DNA of 32,000 nucleotides from Candidatus Saccharimonadota bacterium (GTDB lineage Bacteria > Patescibacteriota > Gracilibacteria > UBA4473), in NCBI GenBank assembly GCA_965228485.1, contig OZ245819.1:330001-362000 (forward strand), given 5' to 3'. How positions within the stretch are numbered: the first letter of the stretch is position 1; each line of letters starts with the position of its first letter. Shown piece after piece: positions 15,845 to 23,430 of the stretch. Below the pieces are notes generated by a model. The model was not told the DNA's origin, made no database searches, and saw only the letters and a list, made by a program, of their open reading frames with translations. Position numbers and translations under genes: made by a program.

Positions 15845-16927
15845 ATGATCGATAAGTCTCAAGCTTTAGAAATTTTGAATCAAATCACCACCCAACTAAA
15901 AGCCGTAGGTGAAAAGCTTGATATTGAAAATAAACAAAAAGAAGTTAATTCTTTGAATGAAGAGATGGAATCCCCTACTTTCTGGGACAATCCAGAAAAG
16001 GCTCAAAAAGTGAGCCAATCAGCTTCCGAACTTCAAAAGTTTATTGAGACTTGGAAGTTCATCATATCTCAATCTCAGAACCTAAGAGAGCTCTTAGATA
16101 TGGTTGATGGAAAAGATTTAGAGGAAGTACTGACCGAAGTGCAACAACTTCAAAAACAGTTTTCACAAGCAGAAAATGAACTTCTTCTCTCAGACGATCA
16201 TGACCACAACAATGCTATTTTAACGCTCAATGTTGGAACGGGGGGGCAAGATGCAGAAGACTTTTGCCAGATGCTACTGAGAATGTATCTTCGATTTGCC
16301 GAATCAAAAGACTGGAAACCTCAAATTATTGAGGAATCAACCTCCGATGCAGGAATCAAATCTGCCACTATAGAGATCAAAGGAAAATTTGCTTACGGTT
16401 TTCTCAAAGGAGAACATGGAGTTCATCGCTTAATCAGACTCTCCCCTTTCAATGCAAAAAGCCTGAGGCAAACTTCCTTTGCTCGAGTTGAAGTCCTGCC
16501 AGAGATTGAAAATGAATCCGAACTTATTATTGAAGAAAAAGATTTGAGGATCGATGTCTTTCGTTCTAGTGGCGCGGGAGGACAGTCAGTAAATACCACC
16601 GATAGTGCCGTTAGAATTACCTATCTTCCGCTCAACCTTGTGGTTACTTGTCAGAATGAAAAATCACAACATCAAAATAAAGATGCCGCCATGAAAGTTT
16701 TACGTTCGAGACTAGCACAACTAAAACTTGAACAACAAGCCGCAGAACTCCAAGAACTTCGAGGTGACTTAATGGAAAATTCTTTCGGTTCTCAAATCAG
16801 AACCTATACTCTACAGCCCTACAAATTAGTAAAAGACCACCGAACGGACTTTGAACACAACAACCCAGAAAAAGTCTTTGATGGAGAAATCCAAGATTTC
16901 ATAGACCAAATGCTCCGATCTAAATAA
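15845..16927 (+). CDS. prfB: Peptide chain release factor 2, one uninterrupted frame
   Basis: SPF tripeptide (RLSPFNAK) and GGQ (SSGAGGQSVN) are present, with collinear similarity to RF2. The start is moved from the track's GTG at 15797, which lies inside the ftsZ terminator, to the ATG at 15845 (MIDKSQALEIL). Confidence 0.9.
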   Translation: MIDKSQALEILNQITTQLKAVGEKLDIENKQKEVNSLNEEMESPTFWDNPEKAQKVSQSASELQKFIETWKFIISQSQNLRELLDMVDGKDLEEVLTEVQQLQKQFSQAENELLLSDDHDHNNAILTLNVGTGGQDAEDFCQMLLRMYLRFAESKDWKPQIIEESTSDAGIKSATIEIKGKFAYGFLKGEHGVHRLIRLSPFNAKSLRQTSFARVEVLPEIENESELIIEEKDLRIDVFRSSGAGGQSVNTTDSAVRITYLPLNLVVTCQNEKSQHQNKDAAMKVLRSRLAQLKLEQQAAELQELRGDLMENSFGSQIRTYTLQPYKLVKDHRTDFEHNNPEKVFDGEIQDFIDQMLRSK

Positions 16928-17858
16928 AGCCAAAAAGCTTCCCAATGAAGAGAACATATAAAAAAGTCATTGCTAGACCTTCTTGCTTGGTGATTTTTCG
17001 ATCGATTGAAATCACCCAGTAAACGGCCGTTGCAGCAATAGCAAACGGAATAATAACCTTCATACTCAGATCTGAAACAAAAAGTGTAGAAAACATGCTA
17101 GTAGTCCCTAAAATCAACAAAATATTAAAGATATTCGAACCAATAATATTCCCAATAACAATTTCTACGTTGTTTCTTTTTAGAGCGGAATAGACCACCA
17201 TCATTTCTGGTAAAGACGTTCCGATAGCCACTAAAGTGGCCGCTAAAGCCGTCTTAGCAAAACCAAATAACTCTGCCATAAAAATCACAGAATCAATCAC
17301 AAACCTTGAAGCCAATATTAACCCCGCCAATCCAACAGCACAACCAACAACATACTTCCAAGAAAATTTTTCATGATGTTCTAGAATCTTCTTATGAGAT
17401 TTTGAATCGGCAAATAAAAACCATAAATAAGCTCCTAAAACGCCAAAAAAGAAAGTACTCTCTACTCTTGTAATATTACCATCTACGGCAGTCAAAACCG
17501 CCAGAGTCATGGCCATGATCAAGATTGGAAAGTGCACATCAAAGATATTATGTTTGAATGGCACTGTTCTATTAATAAGGAAAAACACTAAACCAAGGCC
17601 CAGAAAAATATTAGCAATATTACTTCCGAATACATTTCCTATTACCATATCTGTCTCTCCACGAAACACAGAAGCCATACTGGTTGCCAATTCTGGGAGG
17701 CTTGTTCCAATAGCCACTATTAGTACCCCTGTTAAGAAGTGTGGCCACTTAAGAGAACTTCCAAGCTTCTCCGCGTTATCAATAAAATAGTCTGAAGATT
17801 TTACGAGTATATAAGTCGCACCAACAAATATTAATGTTTGTAAAATAAAATTTTCCAT
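16920..17858 (-). CDS. Ca2+/Na+ antiporter, CaCA (YrbG-like) family
   Basis: Two alpha-repeats are present, GTSLPELATSMASV...GNVFGSNIANI and GTSLPEMMVVYSA...GNIIGSNIFNI. The protein is polytopic. Confidence 0.9.
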   Translation of the reverse strand: MENFILQTLIFVGATYILVKSSDYFIDNAEKLGSSLKWPHFLTGVLIVAIGTSLPELATSMASVFRGETDMVIGNVFGSNIANIFLGLGLVFFLINRTVPFKHNIFDVHFPILIMAMTLAVLTAVDGNITRVESTFFFGVLGAYLWFLFADSKSHKKILEHHEKFSWKYVVGCAVGLAGLILASRFVIDSVIFMAELFGFAKTALAATLVAIGTSLPEMMVVYSALKRNNVEIVIGNIIGSNIFNILLILGTTSMFSTLFVSDLSMKVIIPFAIAATAVYWVISIDRKITKQEGLAMTFLYVLFIGKLFGFI

Positions 17859-17868
17859 AGTGGTTTAA

Positions 17869-18606
17869 TTATAAAAGTGAATCATCAACAGTAAATCCCG
17901 CAAAGACTTCATCCGAATCATCTACTGCCTCCACGGCCTCAATAAAGTTTTCGATTTTATCCAAATTCTCTTTATTGGTAATAATTACTGGATCTTTGGC
18001 TCGGTAGATTGGTTCTGACTTTTTGATTTCTATTGCTGGAGATTCCAAAGATTGTCGAACCTTACCAAGAGTTTCAAAGGTAGTTATTACTTCAACTATT
18101 CCCTCTTCAATAGAGAAATCTTGTCCCCCACTTTCGGTTACTAATTCGAAAATTTCATCTTCCGAGTATTTACCTTTCTCAAAAGTAATAATGCCTAAAT
18201 GGTCAAACATAAAGCTTACAGATCCAGATGAACCAAGATTCCCTCCGTTTTTCATAAAAGCCGTTCTAATATCCGTATAAGCTCGATTACTATTGTCGGT
18301 TAAAGACTGAACAATAATAGGGATCCCGTTAGGACCAAAGCCTTCATAGACGTTTTCTGTATACTGACTTGCTTCACTCCCCTCTCCTGAAGCTTTTTTT
18401 AGAATTCTCTCAATATTATCTCGTGGAACTCCATCGGCTCGAGCATTGGTAAGAGCCGTTCTCAAGGAAGCATTCGTCTCAGGATTGGCATCGTTCCGGG
18501 CTACTACCATTAATATCTTTGCGTGTTTAGTCAGAACTTTCCCACGTTTTAGATCATTTGCGGCTTTTTTATGCTTAATTTGTTTCCACTTACTGTGACC
18601 AGCCAT
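17869..18606 (-). CDS. yebC: YebC/PmpR-family transcriptional regulator
   Basis: MAGHSKWKQIKHKKAANDLKRGKVLTKHAKIL... gives a full-length match to the YebC family pattern. Confidence 0.92.
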   Translation of the reverse strand: MAGHSKWKQIKHKKAANDLKRGKVLTKHAKILMVVARNDANPETNASLRTALTNARADGVPRDNIERILKKASGEGSEASQYTENVYEGFGPNGIPIIVQSLTDNSNRAYTDIRTAFMKNGGNLGSSGSVSFMFDHLGIITFEKGKYSEDEIFELVTESGGQDFSIEEGIVEVITTFETLGKVRQSLESPAIEIKKSEPIYRAKDPVIITNKENLDKIENFIEAVEAVDDSDEVFAGFTVDDSLL

Positions 18607-18733
18607 CCCTATTTATTTAATTCGAGCCTCAGTTTATCCAAAAAAGATATTTATAGAAAATAAAAACAGTGCTTAAAAATCCTTTTAATCAAAAGCTTAA
18701 GAGAAAGGTTTTAAGTTTTTTAGTAAAAAAGTT

Positions 18734-18762
18734 TTGACAAAATACTCATTCTTGATTACAAT
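18734..18762 (+). promoter_or_regulatory. Near-consensus sigma70 promoter with no protein gene downstream
   Basis: TTGACA (18734-18739), 17-nt spacer, TACAAT (18757-18762). The next plus-strand CDS is 870 nt away. Confidence 0.6.
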
Positions 18763-18768
18763 GCTCTG

Positions 18769-19141
18769 AACACTTCGCTTAGAAATTACAACAAAAACAA
18801 GCCAAAAGTGTTACACAACGAGACAGGGAAATAAATTGTTCTTTCACACATACAACACCGCGGAGAGGATCGAGCTAATGGTCTTACCAGACTCAGCTTA
18901 AAATAATTAGACAAATATAAAGCTCTTGAGCGCTTTAGTCCGTTTGTTCGATTCTCTCCGCTTTGCGATGAGGTTTCCAGGGCCTTAACCACTCTGAAAA
19001 TCCCCTCTCACAAAACGGTTGAGACGAAACGCTAGTCTTTGATCAAAAAAGATATTTCAATTAAGAAATAACTTAAAAAAGACATCTCTAGTAATAGAAA
19101 TGACTAAAAAACAAAAGACATTCCAGAATGAAATGCCTTTT
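18769..19141 (+). ncRNA. Candidate structured non-coding RNA (~370 nt), class not recognised
   Basis: The predicted start lies just after the 18734 promoter. The GC-enriched core at 18855-19045 has a long-range helix, CGGAGAGGATCGAGC (18860-18874) pairing with GTTCGATTCTCTCCG (18946-18960), enclosing local hairpins. The end is at the hairpin 19117-19137 plus UUUU. There is no credible ORF. Confidence 0.35.
19104..19141. terminator. Bidirectional terminator hairpin
   Basis: 8-bp stem gacattcc / ggaatgtc(minus strand: GGCAUUUC-AUUCU-GGAAUGUC). On the minus strand it is followed by UUUUGUUUUUU, and on the plus strand by UUUU. Confidence 0.6.
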
Positions 19142-19188
19142 CAGACCAACCACTAACGTTTTGTAGAGGTTTAAAAAACTTTTTACGA
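19106..19188 (-). ncRNA. Candidate small RNA (~80 nt) defined by a promoter plus a terminator
   Basis: It runs from the predicted TSS about 7 nt after the 19194 -10 element to the strong minus-strand terminator at 19104-19137. It contains no ORF. Confidence 0.35.
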
Positions 19189-19193
19189 TTCGC

Positions 19194-19222
19194 ATTTTAA
19201 ATAATTTTAACATTTTTGTCAA
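19194..19222 (-). promoter_or_regulatory. Sigma70-type promoter facing leftwards, convergent with the 18734 promoter
   Basis: The minus strand reads TTGACA (19222-19217), 17-nt spacer, TAAAAT (19199-19194). Confidence 0.55.
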
Positions 19223-19249
19223 AAATATTTAAAAGGCAATATGAATCCC

Positions 19250-19436
19250 GTAGGTATATCGGTAATTTATACCCAAGCAAGGCGAGAGCATTCGTAGGCT
19301 GGTAACCTACCGAATCTCCGGGCGGTAGATATTCACTCAAACCATAAAACTGAGACTCGAGTATTACATCCGCCCTAGATTCACCCTCTTTTCAAGATAA
19401 AAAACTTTGAAGCGACCTTTTAATAAGGTTTTTTTG
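19250..19436 (+). ncRNA. Candidate structured RNA, either a 5' leader of the SLH-domain gene or an independent sRNA
   Basis: A weak promoter (TTGTCA-18-TATGAA) lies at 19216-19245. Nested helices are GAATCT-CC-GGGCGG (19311-19324) with CCGCCC-T-AGATTC (19370-19382), and the hairpin GTAGG-CTGGTAA-CCTAC. It ends at ACCTT-TTAAT-AAGGT plus T6 (19415-19436). Confidence 0.3.
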
Positions 19437-19633
19437 TCGTATATAAAAAAACTATTGATAATTTTGAGTTTTATTTAAAATATATAAAATATAGCTTAAC
19501 CCTTTTTACAAAAGGGTTTTTATCATGTTTTTCGGATAATTTTTGTGTGCAGTAACAATTTTTGTGTTCAAAAAACCTTGATTTAAGTCATAAATAGTAA
19601 AACAATAGCTTAAATTAAAGCTTTAGCCTCACC

Positions 19634-20635
19634 ATGAACACACGATATTTGTTGAGTTTCGGACTTCTGTCTTTCATTATTTTTCCGTTAAAAAGCCTGG
19701 CTTTTACGGATATAACCATCGCAGATCATCTTTATCCTGATACTACCTACCTTGAACAGCACGAGGTTTTTAAAGGTTATGATGATGGAAGCTTTGGTCG
19801 AAATAGGCTTATTAATCGTGTAGAGGCCTTAAAGACCATCCTTACGGCAGCAGAAGCAGAGATTGCTGAACAGTATGATGGCGTTAAAGATTTTTCTGAT
19901 GTTCCAGCTGGTATCTGGTTTGAAAAATACGTCAAACATTCGGCCGCAAATGGAATTGTTTCGGGAGATGCTGATGGAGATACTTTTTCTCCAAACAGAA
20001 ACGTAAATAAAGCAGAGTTCTTAAAAATGCTCATGTTAGCTTTTGAGATCGATCCTACTCAATACGATCTTTCTGATATAACAATAAAAGACACTCCTGA
20101 TGAGATTTGGTTTGCGCCTTATATGAAATTCGGAGTTAAATTTCACATCTTTAGCCTAGATTCAAATGGAAATGGAAATCCTGGAAAAGAACTTACCCGT
20201 GGAGAAGTCGCTCAACTTATCTTCTCAATGCTTAGGCAGGGGCGAGGTCTAGAACCACAAACTCTTCTAAATCTTGCAGAAATACATCTAATCAAAGCTC
20301 TTGAGTTTATTGATAAGGAAGACATTCCAACCGCTTCACTTCTGGTTTCTATTTCTGAAAAATACGCTACTTACTCATTAGAGATTTTACCAGAGAACGC
20401 GATCGTTCAATCCGCTGATAAGATTGTTTCTTCATTAAAAAGTCTTGTTGGAGCTTATGCTTCAATGAATAGTAAACAATATGATGATGCCGTTACTAAC
20501 GCTAAACAATCTTGGCAAAGCGCTGATGAAAGCTTCGTATTGAATGCTGCCAATAAAAATCTGTCTGATAAAATTAAATCTATTGCCGCGAGTATGGCCG
20601 ATAAAGCCAGAAACCAAAAAGCTTCATCAGAATAA
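19634..20635 (+). CDS. Secreted protein with three S-layer-homology (SLH) domains and an alpha-helical C-terminal region
   Basis: Signal peptide MNTRYLLSFGLLSFIIFPLKSLA. Three SLH-like units follow: FTDI...FKGYDDGSFG...RVEALKTIL, FSDVPAGIWFEKYV...GIVSGDADGDTFSPNRNVNKAEFLKML and IKDTPDEIWFAPYM...LTRGEVAQLIF. Confidence 0.8.
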   Translation: MNTRYLLSFGLLSFIIFPLKSLAFTDITIADHLYPDTTYLEQHEVFKGYDDGSFGRNRLINRVEALKTILTAAEAEIAEQYDGVKDFSDVPAGIWFEKYVKHSAANGIVSGDADGDTFSPNRNVNKAEFLKMLMLAFEIDPTQYDLSDITIKDTPDEIWFAPYMKFGVKFHIFSLDSNGNGNPGKELTRGEVAQLIFSMLRQGRGLEPQTLLNLAEIHLIKALEFIDKEDIPTASLLVSISEKYATYSLEILPENAIVQSADKIVSSLKSLVGAYASMNSKQYDDAVTNAKQSWQSADESFVLNAANKNLSDKIKSIAASMADKARNQKASSE

Positions 20636-20694
20636 ATGAAGCTTTAGAAATTTAAAATTTTTGCTTTTCTGTTTCAGGAAAAAAAACAAAAAAT

Positions 20695-20730
20695 GAAAAA
20701 CCCCGGCATCTTGGTTGCTCGGGGTTTTTC
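20695..20730. terminator. Bidirectional terminator between convergent genes
   Basis: aaaaaaccccgg...ctcggggttttt: a GC stem flanked by an A-run and a T-run. Confidence 0.6.
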
Positions 20731-20776
20731 TGTATACCCACTCTCGTAGCATCTAACTTTTAATTGTCTTTACCTA

Positions 20777-22363
20777 TTATTTAACGTTTAGGTTAAATTT
20801 AATTGGTCCTAGGTAAGCTGGATTACGATCATTTTTTGTTGTTGCTTCAGAGCTAAATCTGAATCTAATCGTAATGTATTCTCCAGCAGTAAAGGTTCCA
20901 GCCGTCGAGAAAGTCACATCTGCATCCTCTACCCAAGTATCAGCGGTACTACTTACTAGATCAGCTCCTCCAGTAATCGCTCCTACAGAAGTCCCCGCAG
21001 TATCTAGAATTTCTACAATATCAATTTTATTGTCTGTAGAGGCTGTCGTGTCTGTTTTGTAATCAATTTCAATTGGTGTAGCTTGGAATGATACAAAATT
21101 TTCAGGTACTTGCCATTGGTATACAAGATCATAATCGTGTAGAGCGGCTGTTTTTCGAGTTGACCAAGCGTAGTAATTTTTATTAGCGGTACTATCGTGA
21201 TCTGCTTCGAATGTTCCTTTATTGTTTGTTCCATCAGCTTCAATTGTAAAGCTTGCGAACTCAGGCGCTTCGATAAGACTTACGGCTACTTCGGCCAGGT
21301 CTGTTCGAGAAACTGTACCATCTAGAATTTCATCTGTTGTTACCGCTCCTGTTGCGATCTCTGAAGCTGTTACTGCATCTGCTGCAATTTCATCTGAGTT
21401 TACTGAGTCAGTCCCTAGATCGTCAGCGGTAATACTTCCGTCTTGGATTACTCCTCCAACTCCCCCTTGAATCGCGTCATTAGCAATGTCTCCATTAAGA
21501 ATTGTTCCGTCCAAAATCTCATCTGTTGTTACCGCTCCTGTTGCGATCTCTGAAGCTGTTACTGCATCTGCTGCAATCTCATCTGAATCTACTGAGTCAG
21601 TTCCTAGATCGTCAGCGGTAATACTTCCGTCTTGGATTACTCCTCCAACTCCCCCTTGAATCGCGTCATTAGCAATGTCTCCATTAAGAATTGTTCCGTC
21701 CAAAATCTCATCTGTTGTTACCGCTCCTGTTGCGATCTCTGAAGCTGTTACTGCATCTGCTGCAATCTCATCTGAATCTACTGAGTCAGTTCCTAGATCG
21801 TCAGCGGTAATACTTCCGTCTTGGATTACTCCTCCAACTCCCCCTTGAATCGCGTCATTAGCAATGTCTCCATTAAGAATTGTTCCGTCCAAAATCTCAT
21901 CTGTTGTTACCGCTCCTGTTGCGATCTCTGAAGCTGTTACTGCATCTGCTGCAATCTCATCTGAATCTACTGAGTCAGTTCCTAGATCGTCAGCGGTAAT
22001 ACTTCCATCGGTAATCACACCTCCAAGTCCCCCACTTACTGAACCATCAGCTAGGGTAAAGACTCCTGTATTAGAGATCGTAGCGTCTCCTGACATCGTA
22101 ACTCCTGTAGCAATACCAGAAGCATTACCTACAAAGATTTGTGCTGAAGTAAGCGCTAGATCATTCGCAAAGTCTGCTAATGTTACCTCAGAGTAATCAA
22201 TTTCTGAATCTCCTACAGCATTGGCAGCAATTTCATCTGAGTCTACTGAGTCAGTCCCTAGGTCGTCAGCGGTAATACTTCCGTCTTGGATTACTCCTCC
22301 AACTCCCCCTTGAATCGCGTCAAGCAATGTCTCCATTAAGAATTGTTCCGTCCAAAATCTCAT
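20777..22363 (-). CDS. Repeat adhesin, downstream (C-terminal) fragment of a gene split by a frameshift
   Basis: Five copies of the 63-aa repeat (DGSITADDLGTDSVDSDEIAADAVTASEIATGAVTTDEILDGTILNGDIANDAIQGGVGGVIQ) plus a C-terminal ~170-aa module homologous to the C-terminus of the 27753..29921 product. The annotated ATG at 22363 is fortuitous and lies inside a repeat. Confidence 0.7.
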   Translation of the reverse strand: MRFWTEQFLMETLLDAIQGGVGGVIQDGSITADDLGTDSVDSDEIAANAVGDSEIDYSEVTLADFANDLALTSAQIFVGNASGIATGVTMSGDATISNTGVFTLADGSVSGGLGGVITDGSITADDLGTDSVDSDEIAADAVTASEIATGAVTTDEILDGTILNGDIANDAIQGGVGGVIQDGSITADDLGTDSVDSDEIAADAVTASEIATGAVTTDEILDGTILNGDIANDAIQGGVGGVIQDGSITADDLGTDSVDSDEIAADAVTASEIATGAVTTDEILDGTILNGDIANDAIQGGVGGVIQDGSITADDLGTDSVNSDEIAADAVTASEIATGAVTTDEILDGTVSRTDLAEVAVSLIEAPEFASFTIEADGTNNKGTFEADHDSTANKNYYAWSTRKTAALHDYDLVYQWQVPENFVSFQATPIEIDYKTDTTASTDNKIDIVEILDTAGTSVGAITGGADLVSSTADTWVEDADVTFSTAGTFTAGEYITIRFRFSSEATTKNDRNPAYLGPIKFNLNVK

Positions 22364-22745
22364 CTGTTGTTACCGCTCCTGTTGCGATCTCTGAAGCTGT
22401 TACTGCATCTGCTGCAATTTCATCTGAGTTTACTGAGTCAGTCCCTAGATCGTCAGCGGTAATACTTCCGTCTTGGATTACTCCTCCAACTCCCCCTTGA
22501 ATCGCGTCATTAGCAATGTCTCCATTAAGAATTGTTCCGTCCAAAATCTCATCTGTTGTTACCGCTCCTGTTGCGATCTCTGAAGCTGTTACTGCATCTG
22601 CTGCAATCTCATCTGAATCTACTGAGTCAGTTCCTAGATCGTCAGCGGTAATACTTCCGTCTTGAATTACTCCTCCAACTCCCCCTTGAATTGCGTCATT
22701 AGCAATGTCTTCATTAAGAATTGTTCCATCTAGAATTTCAGTTGT
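21315..22745. repeat. Near-identical 189-bp (63-aa) tandem coding repeats, about 7 copies in two blocks separated by unique sequence at ~22030-22200
   Basis: The marker cccccttgaa recurs at 21462, 21651, 21840, 22305, 22492 and 22681. Spacing is exactly 189 within each block, except 187 between 22305 and 22492. Confidence 0.9.
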
Positions 22746-23216
22746 AGTGATACTTCCTGTTCCAGCTGTATCTTCTACAGAATCCCATCCTCCGACACCC
22801 GTACAAACCATCATTTCGTTTGCTGTTGTGTCATAGTACATTCGACCAGCTTCACCAGCCAGAGTACAAGTAGGCGCTCCTGCTGTTGTGAAGCTTTCAA
22901 TTTTGAAATCTTCTAAAACGTTACCCCCAAGGTTTACATCCTTATTAAATGTAAATTGTCCCGTAGAATCATTATACGAGATAGAGGCTCCAAGATTTGC
23001 CCCGAAATTTAAGTCTAGGTCAGTATTTTCACTAACCGCCACTGTCCCATCCTGGTCCAATGTGTACGCATCCGCATCTACACCGTCTTCTTCAGTTGTA
23101 AAGATCAAACGGGCTTCTGCCGATGGTGAAAGCACAGAAAGTCCTAGTCCGCATAGTATCGCGAGACTAAGTAGCTTCTTGGCTTTTGCCGTCTGCCGAT
23201 TGTTTAAGTTGTACAT
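22320..23216 (-). CDS. Repeat adhesin, upstream (N-terminal) fragment: signal peptide, shared N-terminal module and 2.9 repeats
   Basis: Signal peptide MYNLNNRQTAKAKKLLSLAILCGLGLSVLSPSAEA, the shared module YTLDQDG...LNFGANLG...FTFNKD, and the Cys motif APTCTLAGEAGRMYYDTTANEMMVCTGVGGW. The ORF ends at a TGA created by the 2-bp deletion at 22322/22323. Confidence 0.7.
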   Translation of the reverse strand: MYNLNNRQTAKAKKLLSLAILCGLGLSVLSPSAEARLIFTTEEDGVDADAYTLDQDGTVAVSENTDLDLNFGANLGASISYNDSTGQFTFNKDVNLGGNVLEDFKIESFTTAGAPTCTLAGEAGRMYYDTTANEMMVCTGVGGWDSVEDTAGTGSITTTEILDGTILNEDIANDAIQGGVGGVIQDGSITADDLGTDSVDSDEIAADAVTASEIATGAVTTDEILDGTILNGDIANDAIQGGVGGVIQDGSITADDLGTDSVNSDEIAADAVTASEIATGAVTTDEILDGTILNGDIA

Positions 23217-23270
23217 GATTTCCTAAAAATTAATGCTATAAGAGTGATTTATACTTAAGAAAATCTGACC

Positions 23271-23299
23271 ATTGTATCAAACATTTATTCATGCGTCAA
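23271..23299 (-). promoter_or_regulatory. Sigma70-type promoter for the repeat adhesin
   Basis: The minus strand reads TTGACG (23299-23294), 17-nt spacer, TACAAT (23276-23271), about 55 nt upstream of the ATG at 23216. Confidence 0.6.
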
Positions 23300-23430
23300 A
23301 CTAAAATTAAGAAAAAACTAATAAACACTCTTAAAATCTTTATAAGTAAAGGAACAAAAGTATTAATATTTAAAGATTGAACTAATAAAATGTTCAGTAT
23401 AAATAAGTATACATTTTATACTCAGCTGAG

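Noticed and set aside
18860-19020. Possible RNase P RNA (P4-like AGUCCGUU / AACGGUUGA pairing with a bulged U) or tmRNA (tag-like ORF GCU AAU GGU ... UAA = ANGLTRLSLK)
   Set aside because: The two P4-like strands are only ~75 nt apart, with no S-domain and no GGAAAGUCC or other conserved regions. No tRNA-like acceptor/T-arm or CCA end exists for a tmRNA, and the tag does not end in the usual nonpolar residues. These are treated as coincidences within an unclassified structured RNA.
21315-22745. Regular 189-bp repeats as a CRISPR-like or satellite array
   Set aside because: The repeats are contiguous with no unique spacers, are translated in frame as a 63-aa protein repeat, and are far longer than CRISPR repeats. 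No cas genes are present in the window.
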